Shown one piece after another: positions 36,710-48,332 of a DNA stretch of 64,000 bases. This DNA comes from Microbotryum violaceum (taxonomy: Eukaryota), in NCBI GenBank assembly GCA_001244265.2, contig CDLV01000005.1:868001-932000 (forward strand). The letters run 5' to 3'. Every line of letters begins with the position of its first letter. The first letter of the stretch is position 1. The notes under the pieces were generated by a model. The model made no database searches. It had not been told where the DNA came from and saw nothing but the letters and a program-made list of their open reading frames with translations. Made by a program: the position numbers and the translations under genes.

Positions 36710-39700
36710 ATGACGAGCCACTTTGGTGGGGCACCAGCTCTCGCCTCTCCAGGGCCGTACTCTCAATTGGCGTACCCGTCGGTTCAACCTTCGTTGCAAC
36801 ATCAGCGCACCTCACTCGATGATGACACGAGAAGGTCAACCAGAGTCGACCTTGGTGCTGCCAAGGCCGACCAAATCGTCCAGGTGTGTGAACTCGCGCC
36901 TGTCATGTTGGTCTGATTCTGATTAGCGGTAAGGCCGAGCTAACCGCTGCCGCCGATCCACCATTCGCTCAGCATTTCTACTCCAAAACATGCACGATCG
37001 TCACTCAGTCGCGCATGACACATCTCCAAACCGACGAAGGCGGCCTTTCTTCGTCGATACCGAGCTCGACAGCTGGAGCAAAACGATCCCCCCTTCCCGC
37101 CTCGGGAGCGACCGCCAGGAAGGCCAGCACACCCACCGAGAGGACCAAATCGGTACATAAATGGGTGAGTAGCACGATCCACTTCTTTTCAGAAGAGATT
37201 GAATTTGAACTGACTGAACGTCGTTATGCGGCCTTCTTCACAAGTTCAATATTGAACTGGCGGATTCGGACGTGTTTCGGAACGAGCTCAAGACTTGGCG
37301 CTCGGTGTCGGCGCTCTACTCGCACACAAACTCGCCCTCCTCGTCGTCCCATCCAACGCTGATAACAGACCCTCCCGTTGTAACGGCTGTACCCCCGATG
37401 ATCCTCGACGTCCTGCTCGATACCCAGGAGATGCTGCCCAATCAAGTCCTGGTCCTGTCCGATCACCGGGGACGCCGCGTCCGGGTCGACCCTACCTTTG
37501 CTAAAGCCTCTCGGCGGACTTCCAACATCTCCTTGCCACCGAGCGGTGTGCGATCACCTTTGGCCACTGGTCCGAGCGGCGGCGGAGTTCGGTCGCATGC
37601 CACCTCTGCACCTGCGACGGTCGTGCTCGAGCGATGGACTTTGTCGCTCACCCCACATCCATCGACGTCGCTCCATCCATCACCCTCGAGCGCGTCGCCA
37701 GTTCCAACCACAGCGGACCTACCCGCAGTCTACAAACGCGCGATCGTGCACTTTCGGGCGCTCTACTCGACTGCGCGTGTTTTGCCCTCGTGGAACCTGC
37801 ACCGGAGGCTGGCAAGACGGAGGGCAGGGAATGGTGTCGTTGGTGGAGGGGTATTGATGATAGGCTGCAGGATGAGCATGAGCGAGCAGGAGATGTCGAA
37901 CGAAGAGGGGAAAGAGGGCGAAGTCTCCTTGGATACGCCCATAAGCGAGGGCGAAGGCGAGCAAGTCACAGAAACGATCGACTTTCCCGTCGTGGCAACT
38001 CCTATTGGGTGAGTGTGTTACGGATAAGCTCGACCGGAAGTCACATGCTGAAATCCTCTCGGTGTGGTCACGTCTCACAGCGGCCTGAAACTCATGTGCA
38101 CATATCGTATCAATGCCGAATTTGCCGTCGAGGACATTGAGACTCTGCTCAGTTCGCGCTTCATCGACGAAGATTTCTTTAAGCCGACGATGGCACGGTA
38201 CCAGCAGGATCCAGCTTTCGCCGCTTTGGATCGACCCGGTTCGTTGCCTACCTCAGCAAAAAATCGGACCCTCATTTCTCCGTCGACCTCACCTCCGATG
38301 ACCGGCTTCGCACCCAAACCATCCTATGGATCACTATCTTCGAGGCACCACCTCACCTCGGCCCCGGTTGTCATCAGTCCTAGCAACGGCGCCGTCATCA
38401 CCCAAGCGTCGACGGCGAGCTCGCAGCGCGAAGGAAGTGCATCGAGCAGTGGCAAGCTGAGCGTTTCCGGTTCGAGTACGGGTATGGGGTGCCATGCTAT
38501 CGAGCCAGCCTTCATCTCGCTGTCTCGCACACGCGGGGCATCCTATTCGAGCCAGATCCAGCGCGCCACAAGTGGGGGAACGGCTGCGCAGCAGATTCAA
38601 GGCAGCTCGTCGCTCCGACGGCCCTCGTTCACAACGTCCAACTCGTCGCCCGTCTCGAGTTCGCCGATCTTTCGCGCTTCCTCTTACCTTTCTTCTCCAC
38701 CGTTGCCCCAGCATGCGCTGTCATCGTCGCCCTCGACTGGGCCGACTTCGAACATCCACCGGTCAGGTGGTCAAAGCTCCACCAACACCCCTTCGTCGCT
38801 CGGCCTAGGGTTCGCCCGGCAGCAGCAGTACTACCAACAAGAAGTCGGTTTTGTACCAGCGCCGAGCTCGGGTGCGGGTGCTTCATCGGGGACCGTGACC
38901 ACCGGATCCACGCCGATGAATATGGTAGCTCGGTCTCCCCTCTCCGGCGCGACGCAAACGGCCCCACGCCCCATTCCCTCACCTTCCTCTGCTATTGCTA
39001 TGCCGCGGTATTCGTCCGGTGGGGGAAGCTACTCTCGCTCGTATGGGCGAGGTTCGTCTGGCCCCGGGTCGTACGGCTCTCTAACGGGCGGAGCTCTGAC
39101 AGGTGATCAGTGGGGCGAACGAAGGTCGCCGCTAACTGCGACGGGTCAAGCCCAGGCAAGAACACCCTTTGGTGCTTCCGAACCCGATCCCAAGAAGTTC
39201 CTCGAGACCGCTGAGGATGACTCGGACGACATCAACGCCTTCTTAGGCATGATCGATTCGCGGCCCGAGTTGTTGAAGGCGAGCATGATCGCCTCGAAAG
39301 CGTCTCCGAGCGGCAGTGGTGGTCCCGGAGCCGACAATGGAGGCGAACTTAGTACACGGAGTCAGGTCGACGAACAATTGCGAGCTTTGCGTGGATCGGT
39401 CTACGTCAACTTGGGCGCGGTCGGTGCTAGTCCTCCGCTCGGCGGAGGAAGCGCTGCTTCGGCTGGTCTGGGCCTTTCGACGTCTGGAGGCCCCGGCGGG
39501 AACCGGACGTCTTCGATGAGTAGTTCGAGGCGACAGACCAGTCGACAGGCCATCGAGGAAGAACCAAGTCAGACTGGACCTCCGCTTGGGGAAGGAAGGC
39601 GTGATTCGACGACTGCGCGCCACTCCTCGGTGGATCAAGTGCTACGTCCCATGCCGAATACTCCACGGTACCCGGCACCCGACACGGCCTCCATAACGGC

Positions 39701-40418
39701 GACGACGACGATGACCTCGGTTACATTCCCGCAGTACACGCCTAATTCTTCCAGAACTCGCAAGCCCATCCCCGCGGTCACCACCACTGGGTTTGACTTG
39801 ACCTCGCACATCCCCGCGGCATTTGCTTCTTCGCGAGCATCCCCCGCCATCCCTGCTCTGGAAGGGCCGCCTTCGGGCACTGGTTCGATGACAGTAGCGC
39901 CTTATGACTCCCCAAACACGAACACGGGCCACTCTTCGGTGACATCGTTCAATTCGGTACGGTCGTCGACATCAGGATATACCGCTGAGGAGGAGGAAGC
40001 GGTGGGGCGACTCGAACTCGGCGATCCGGATGATGAACCGCCGCAGCCGCAGGAGGGAGGGTATAATCGACGGTCTAGCTCTAGGGAAATCGAGGAAGAA
40101 AATGCGGGCAACAGAGGTCGGCACGGCCATGCGAGGGAGACGCCCGTGGCCCACACGCCCGCCGGAACCCAGTGGACCCTCCATAATCCCTCTGGTGCGG
40201 CCGCGGGAAGTCGAGATCCTACCCCGGCTGGGCGTCTTACGGGAACGACGACGACCATAGCGTCGCTTCCGCATCAACCAAGGCACCAGACGGCTATTTT
40301 CTCGACGACGAGTCATGGCGTTCGAACAGGCCAGGAGGACGAAGAGGCGGTCTTGCCCGATGTGGAGGTGGAGGAACAGCCTGCTCGGAGCCCAGGCGAG
40401 GCGCCTTGGATGGATTAG
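36710..40418 (+). CDS. ATG13: Autophagy protein Atg13 (HORMA domain plus long S/T/P-rich disordered region)
   Basis: KADQIVQ/HFYSKTCTIVTQSR, KW/FNIEL, VVLERWTL, LPAVYKRAIVHFRALYSTARVLPSW, TPIG/GLKLMCTYR...F, and an Atg1-binding-like DDINAFLGMIDSR. Confidence 0.9.
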
Positions 40419-42844
40419 GGTACGGAATCAGCTGCAGTAGAATGTGTACCTACTATGACGTTCTACTCAGACAGTGCTTTTGAGCCGAAGTTTTCGTTCT
40501 TTTTCACTTCGTATTGCAATCACCAGTCGTGCTTTGGCAAGGGAATTGTCGCGGCAACGCCAGTGGGCCATCTTCCGATGGATTAGTCAGCGCTCGATCT
40601 CGTCGAGAGGTTCACGCCAGCGACGCAAGGAAGAGACGGAAGTTGGACGCCTGCCAAACGCCGAAATTGGTGCTCAATCAGTACCGATTATACAGGACTG
40701 CATCTGGAATGGGAAGCCGTGGCAGCCACGTAGCGTGATTTGAATCTCCCTGACAAAAACCTGAGACCATTTATTGATCGCCGATCAAACACCGGCGCTC
40801 GTACACAACGCCTCCTGACTTTGGCTTGAAGCTTGAACGCAGATATCTGAGCAGAGTTGCTGAGAAGCTTCCGGAGTGAGATGTCCAAGTGGGCAGAAGG
40901 CTCTATTTGGCCTGGCGATCCACCTCTGAGCCATTGAAATAAACCAGAACCAGCCAAACCAATTGGGCTCACTGAATATCTCACGAGCACCTCTCAAGGA
41001 AGAAAGGAAGAGAAGATAAGCGATGTCGTACCGTTAGGGTCGATCCCGCCTGAACAACGCACTACTGCTTACTTCAAATGCCCTGGGGATATTAGGGATC
41101 GTCCAAAACGTGACTTTAAGACCTGCACTGGCCGAGGTCCGTCAAATCCTGCATTTTAGTAATTTGTGTCTTGTGTAACCCAAACCGAAATGAATACGGC
41201 CCCAGTCAGTACAAAATCGCTTGGTAGGGTTCGACTCGAGAATAGGGATGCCGTTGGGTACCTGATGGTCCAACAGGCCGAGGAGCTACGTCTTCTCGAC
41301 TGAGCTCTTGAACGTCGCAATTGGAAGACGATGCGAAAAGCGGACAGGGTGGCGCTCGAGGAAGCCATTTGAACCTCGCCGAGAGTACGGAAACGAGAGG
41401 GGTAAAAACCGTCGCATGCCTCGGTGACAGCTCTTTATTAATTTGAAATTGAGCGCAGAGATAGCGAATATAACTTTCGGCCCATCTATCGCGAGAGCAT
41501 GGATTCGGCATCGACTTCCCCATTTGTGCCAACTGCTACCGGACTGATCGGAAATCGAATCGGATCAGCATTGAAATCGTCACTCAAACTCTTGGTCATT
41601 TCCGGAGGTAGTAGCAGATGCTTACCATGAGTCCTTTGTAGCTCGGTAAACTTCAATCCTCATAGATGTTCCTCAGCTCCCTCCTCTGCCGTCCAAAAAG
41701 TCGCTCGAATAGGGCAATCTCTCACATAGTGTGGGGGAGGTGTGAAACGATGTGGCGAGTGAAGCCTGCAGGGTTAAAGATGCCATAGCGGCCGACCTGA
41801 GGCGGAGAGCGGGAGAGGGAAGGACGTACAAAGAAAGGGGCAAGGCTGGTGAGGTCGTCGCAGCGTAATAGCGTGATCTGCTCTGTCCGGCGGATCATGG
41901 AACGCCGGCCAATGTCGGCGAGCTCCGTGGCCCCTAGTCGCTGCGGAAGCGCTGAAGATGCTGCCGACATCTGTCACTACAGTTGGTTTGAACGATGGTT
42001 CGAATAATAATCGTGAAACCTCTCCTGAGCTTCTGAGCCAAAACCCTCTCAGAACAGTGACGTTAAGCCACATGGTCCGTCCCTGTATCTGTTGAGATTA
42101 TCCGTTAGGAGTTTTTAATGAAGAGCTGTCACCTGCGCTAGCCCCGCCTCAAAAACTGTGGGGAGCCTTCACCTGCGCTCATCCCCCCTCGTAAAAGACA
42201 TCAACGAGTCAGTTCTTCTAAAACACGAGCCTGCGCAAACTTGCAAACAATCGCGCTCAAACGACTCCAGCCCAAAATTTCCATCTGCGACTACCTCGGC
42301 ACCCAGGCCGCCGCAGGCGGCTTCAAGTTATGCACCAATACAAGGCTTGGACTCGATCATGCTGCGTCGATATATCTCCCCCCATCCCGTCTTCACTCCT
42401 GTGTAGCTATATGAGGCATTGTTTCGAACCATGAGTGTTGATCGAGTCAAGGTGCTTCAGACTTTTCCCCGCGACCGACTCCGACTCGCGATCGCCGCAC
42501 GTCGTCGATCGAGCAGCAGCTGCAGTGCATGCAGTGAGTCACAACCGTTACCTCAAATCCAGTATGTCGTAGTGTTCTCAGGGCGATGAATGTTTTTTTT
42601 TTTATGGTGTTCTTTGTAGTGTGTGTTTATATAACCTCTACTGAAATCAGGTGTACTGCTCAACTTTCCTGCTATCTGAATTTTATTATCCCGTTGATCT
42701 AACGGTCCACACAGGTGCACAGGTCCCCATTACTACGAAATCGCATTCGGGCCTCCAGCTCGTCCGCCTCCGACGTCGTGTTAGCTCTGCTCTCACTCTT
42801 GGTCCTGCCTTTGCTCGGGAACTCCTTTTGTTGTTCTTTCCTTG

Positions 42845-43932
42845 ATGCCCATTGTACTAGCGCGCCGTCGCACCTGCCTCGCCTTTACACTCGCCCTCGT
42901 CGCTGCCTCACTCGTGCTCATGGCGCTGCGACCGACGTTGCTCAACTCGTCGTCGAGGATGCTATCCCAGTCAGCTCGGAACGGAGCCGCCCAACTGAGC
43001 AGTGCTCCCCGACCCAAAGTCTTAGGCGCAGCGGCGGACCAATTGCTCAAGCAGCAGCAGCCGCCGCCAGCAGCAGCAGCTCCTGCTCGGGCTCAGCCTG
43101 CTGCCGCTCCGGACGGAGGGGTCGGAGGCGCCCCTCTTCCTCCGTCCCGACCGTTCTCCAACCAAGCCGCTGCCCAAGCCCAACGCCCCGCCAATCCCGA
43201 ACCCGCTACGCCACCCCAAGCAGACAACAAGATGTCCGTCAAGCAGACCGTCGACAAGCACATCAAGGACGGCCACGTCGTCGTCTTTTCAAAGTCGTAC
43301 GTCTGTTCCATCCGCACTACGCTGACTAATGAAGCCACGGCTCCCTTCCTCCCCTGGCGAGCACTACTCGTCTCGACACCATACAAGCAATATGCTGACC
43401 ACGTAGTGCGCTGTATATGACTGGCATCAGGTACTGCCCTTATTGTGAGTGACCACCCCTTTTGTGATCATGTCCTTGCCTCGGCATCTGACCCAGAGCG
43501 TCTCGATCGTTCGATGTCGTCATCCACCCTTTCGCCGATCCACTCCACAGGCAAAGCTACCAAGCAGCTCTTGAGTCAACTCGACGCCAAGGCCACTGTC
43601 TTTGAGCTGGATCAGATGGAAGAAGGTGAGCCTGCGGTGTGGATGTCGTGCCGATCTGTCCTTTCATGGTACGGCGCTGACCCTAATTGCCCCGCCTGCC
43701 AGGCTCGGACTGGCAAGCTTACCTCGGTGAGAAGACCGGCCAGAGGACCGTGCCTTCCGTTTGGATCGATGGCGAGTTCATCGGTAAGCTCCGCTCCGGA
43801 GCATATCCGATTCACGGTGCATTACTGTCTAGCTGATATGGATGCCATACCTCTTGTCAACCTCAAGGCGGGAACTCGGACGTGCAATCCGCCCACGGCT
43901 CGGGCAAGTTGCAAAAGCTCCTCAAGCAGTAA
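42845..43932 (+). CDS. Dithiol glutaredoxin (CPYC) with N-terminal extension
   Basis: VVVFSKS/YCPY/CKATK, GQRTVPSVWIDGEFI/GGNSD, ending KLQKLLKQ* (TAA at 43930-43932). Confidence 0.93.
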
Positions 43933-44583
43933 GGCCTTTTTTGCCCCTCTGCGACCCTTTTACATACCTGCCCAGCGCAAGCCACTGTCATATTGCAATG
44001 TCAACATCGTCACACACTTGTGCGAGCTTGTGATCGAGTGTGTGCCAAGCGAGCGGACAAGGTTGCATACTGACAAATTCTCACCCTGGGCTCTCTTTGG
44101 GCCGTATTGCTCTTGAATCCGACAGAGGCGGCAAGCTGTAATTTTGAAGGAACGAGAGGCGAAAATATTCTGGTGTGATGGATCGAGACCGTTCGTCCTG
44201 GAACACCACAGCATTACGGATCGAGGACCGAAGGCCCCGAGGCTCCGGAGCAGGGTTGTGCGAGAAGGGCTGTGACTGTGATTCGAGCAAGCACGCTGTA
44301 GAAAGCCCTAGGGCTGTGAGAGATGGCTAGAAAATCCTAGCAGGGGGAAAATGAATTTGAAAGCCCTCGGCGAGAATCAGTGTCTGGGCATCTACCATTC
44401 AGTCCTCCAAGGTCCGTGCGCGATGACGACGCGCTGAGATCTCGTCGTGCGGGGCTGCCAGAGGCGGTTTTGACTTTTGGCCACGACCTCGTACGCTCGG
44501 CTCGCGAAGGCTTTCCATCAAGGCGTGGCTGGGGTGCACGTCCACTTGACAGGGCTTCAATCTGGGTGGTGATAGTGTGAGGA

Positions 44584-46381
44584 ATGTGAGTCCTAGTCAT
44601 GGACGCTGGTTCAGCGCACAGGGTCGAACCTCCAGGATCGCTCAACTGACGTCGCGTGCGATCGCCTCCGTGCTCCATGACTTGCTCCCCTCTAACTCGC
44701 ACAGGGCCGAACTCCTCCCTTACATCTACCACGAGCGTTCCTCGTCCCCAATCTCTGACGATTGGGGCCATCACGCGATTAACAACCTCTTGCAACGAGC
44801 TGCATTTCGACCGCACGATCTGGCTTTAATCGCCTGTGACTCCCATCCCGAGCCAGACGAACACGACGCTGATGACGACGACGATGACGACGACAACGAG
44901 GCCGTCGACGAAGAAAAGTGGCTCACACAAGATCGTCGGAATGAGGCATGGAACTGTCATGCGCCAAGCAGGTATACGACCCCAACAGGTACATGCCGGT
45001 TCTTCTACGCGGTTGTAGATCCCTGTTCCTGAGAACGGCGCAATCCTGGGGGGTCCGTCTCGGCGTTCGAAAGACAATGCTGACCGTTGCTGCCTCGCCT
45101 TCCGGACTTTGACCAGTGATGAAAAAGACTGCGGGAAAGTACCACATATTTTTCAACTCTTCTTCTGATTTTGAAGTGTACAAGCGTCATCCAGAGTAAG
45201 TGATCTGGCTTCCCTGACCGGAGGACGGTTCCCGCCGACTCGAGCTGACCCGCGCTTTCTCCTTCGGTGCCCGACTTGCAGGGTGCTGGATGCCTTCATG
45301 TTGACGAACGAGTCTCATTGGATCACGATACGGTAAGAGCTCTACATCATATTCCACTCTTGTCCACCTCTAGCTGTACGCTGAGTCGATGGATATTCCC
45401 TTGGCTCAGGCGTTTTGGATCGTCAGAATGGTTCTACAACCTCGACTCTCGCCTCCCCCAACCTGGGTTGATCCCACGAACCGAGCTAAGACAGACCCTT
45501 AGGATGGCGAAAGCAATTGGTGAGTTTCGTTATCTCTCACCATGGGCCCACCCCAGTCGTTGACCACAGACTATCTCCCAATAGGCTATACCGTTTTTGT
45601 TTGCGAGCCGACGCTCGGCTCTGGTTTTCCACCATGTGGCGGCGGCCAGGCAAGCACGTCAAACCTCAACTGGATGGGCAGACTGCCGGGATCAACATCG
45701 ACTTCCCACAACACCCTTGCGATGAACGGCCACCTTGACCCCAATCTTGACCCCCAACCCAACGACCCGCGCCGATCGACAACCTCGAGCAATGGCAAAG
45801 GGAAACGGCGCATGATCGACGAGGAGGACTTGACGGATGAGGATGGCGATGACGACGACGTGATCATTGATGATGGAGACGCCGACGAAGACGACGACGT
45901 CATCATCGTCGAGGACTCTGATAGACAGAACGGAGGAGGAGGAAGAATGAACCCGTCGGCGAAACGAACTCGAGGGGGAGAAGCCAAACGCAAGAAACGA
46001 CGTTCCGATTATGGTGAAGATGTTGGTGGTGGAGTAGGAAACGATGGATCATCGTCGACACCACCCACGAACATGGCATCGACTTCGAATAGCTCCATTT
46101 CGGCGGCGCCTACGCGAAAAGAAACGTCCGAAGAGGCCCAGATGAGTCGAGCGATCACCGAGTCGATGAAAGCGGCAAGAGCGAACTCGACTTCGACGTC
46201 GACGTCGAATCAATCCCCTGGCCCGAATTCCGAGACGACCGAGGATTTGGAATTGCAACGGGCGCTCAAGGCAAGCTTGCTGGATGATGTCGAAGTCGAC
46301 GAGGATGACCATGCACTTGATGATACCCCTTCGATGGAGGAGCTGAGGAGGAGGAGGATGAATCGGTTCGCGCTCCGATGA
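44584..46381 (+). CDS. Ataxin-3-like Josephin-domain protein with 2 UIMs and a VCP-binding-like motif; catalytic Cys absent
   Basis: MAELLPYIYHER...DDWGHHAINNLLQ, AFMLTNESHWITIR/RFGSSEWFYNLDS and GYTVFV. UIM-like EEAQMSRAITESMK and EDLELQRALKASL, and a C-terminal SMEELRRRRMNRF. Confidence 0.85.
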
Positions 46382-46672
46382 GGTCTCGAGGGCGGGCTTG
46401 ATCGGGTCGGCATATGAGGCCGAGATTCTGTTTTAGCAGATACATTCTGTTTTTTTCTGACGCGCTTTCTACTTCCAATTGTTATATCTCGCTTTGACGG
46501 TCTCTGTACCGATCTCCCTTTTCAATCCGTAGTGCGCGATAACCCGGGCCTCGGACGACTTCGGCCCGGGCTCATCCGGTCTCACGCGATAGCGGGAGCG
46601 GCCGACCGAGTCTAGGTTGACACCGTTCCTATACTAGCTACCGTCTCGAGATCGACTCGCACCTCGACAAAT

Positions 46673-47604
46673 ATGCTGCTCGAACCATCATCATACCTTC
46701 CTCTAAATTTCGGACCCTCTTTGACGACCCACCCATCCCTGTGCTACTACGCACCAGACTCGTTCCCGTCGCCGTCGTCGCCGAGTTGCTCGATCGAAGC
46801 GCTAGTCAGGAAGGGGCTCCGCCCGTTCCCCGTGCGTCGCGTCACCTCAACGACGACCTGGCGTCTTCAAGTCGTCGATAAAGTACCAGTAAAGTTGATC
46901 GAGCTGGGGATTATGAGGACGAGCGATTTGGAAGGCGTCAAGATGTTGCATGTGAGTCGGTCTGCTCGAAGGCAAGCTGGGGGCAATCCGGGGCCGGGCC
47001 CCGGTCAACTGGTCTCGGAGATTGAAGCGATCGCGAGGAGATGGGTTACGGCTATCCCCGGAGGGCACAGAGCTCACCTGGCTCCCTCCCGCACCTGCCT
47101 CAGGATTCGAATCTACCACTGGTGTACCCAACATCTTTTTATACACATCTATTGATCTCGCCGTTGTTGATGTGCCTCGTCGCTCGGCCGTCCTCTCCAG
47201 CAAGCTCCGTGCCACGGACACTGGCAAATCATTTCCCTTTATCAACCGCGGCATGCTCCCCAGTGGGATGCATCTCGGCGCAGGTCTTCGAACCTTTCAA
47301 AACCACCTCCCTGCTACCCATTCCGACCCTTCAAGTCCTCTCGCTTGTCGTCGATAGTTCATCACGGAGATCTGGCCTGGCGCGAAGGTTGTTCAAAGCT
47401 TTGCTCGACCAAGCCTTCCGAGAACTGCCGACGGGTTCGACGTCTTGCGATCAAATCTATGTCAAGCTGCACGTGCTGGAACGCAACGAAGCGGCGATCG
47501 CGTTGTATCGTGATCTGGGTCTGGTCGAGACTGCGAGGTGTAGGAGGTATTATCAACGGTTGGGAGAGGACGCGATCGAGATGAGCGGGGTTGTACGGCT
47601 CTGA
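46673..47604 (+). CDS. GNAT N-acetyltransferase (Naa50/Naa60-like), 2 exons
   Basis: DLEGVKMLH/..NLPLVYPTSFY, LSLVVDSSSRRSGLARRL (acetyl-CoA motif), KLHVLERNEAAIALY and RRYY...DA. Confidence 0.85.
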
Positions 47605-48332
47605 CTCTTCTCGGAGCCGAGGGCTGTTCAGGGTATGGCCTGGCATGGCGAAGGTGTCCGGGAGACTTTTATCTGTTGTCAAATGATGTGTTGTGTAATC
47701 TTGGATGAATGTCGTCGTTGCACTCATCAGATGCTTCTGGAAGACAGAAACCCAGCTCCCTAAGTTGACCACGATTTGTCCTCCGTAATGGGCGCGGCCG
47801 AGCTCGAGGTCGGAGTTGATAGGTCCAAGCTCAAAACGGCGTAGCGTGCAAGTCACGAGATGTACAGGCGGCTCGTATCTCTGCTTTCTTTGGCCTTCGG
47901 CACGTTTGCAACCTTCTGCGCCACGCCCGCCTCTCGAACCTCAACGCGACACTCAGCAACTACACTCTCTTCTAATCAAACTGAGGAAGTACGGCCTCTT
48001 ATCTCGCTCCGAGTAGCAGAACTTTGGTCGGATCGCCGGTGACGCGGTGACGAGCGACGAGCGTGCGGAACGGCAGGGTGTCACGTGAAAAGAGGCGCAC
48101 GCCAGTTGGCGCGCCCACTCCGCCTCGACCCTTCCCCCACACCCGCCGTCGGTTTTGAATCCCTGAGCGGTGCTGGCCACCAACCCAGGTCCATTCGTTT
48201 CCTCACTTGCGGTTGTGGTGCCCTTGTTGGGGCCCCACATCACCCGCAACACCTTTCCAAACAAACGAAATTCTGGTGGGCTGGCGCAAGGTAGTGGACC
48301 TGTGAACGCGTGATTGGCCACGAGGTCACGAG

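Noticed and set aside
46543-46570. Short GC hairpin CCCGGGCC...GGCCCGGG
   Set aside because: An 8-bp stem is plausible by chance at this GC content, and there is no supporting context.
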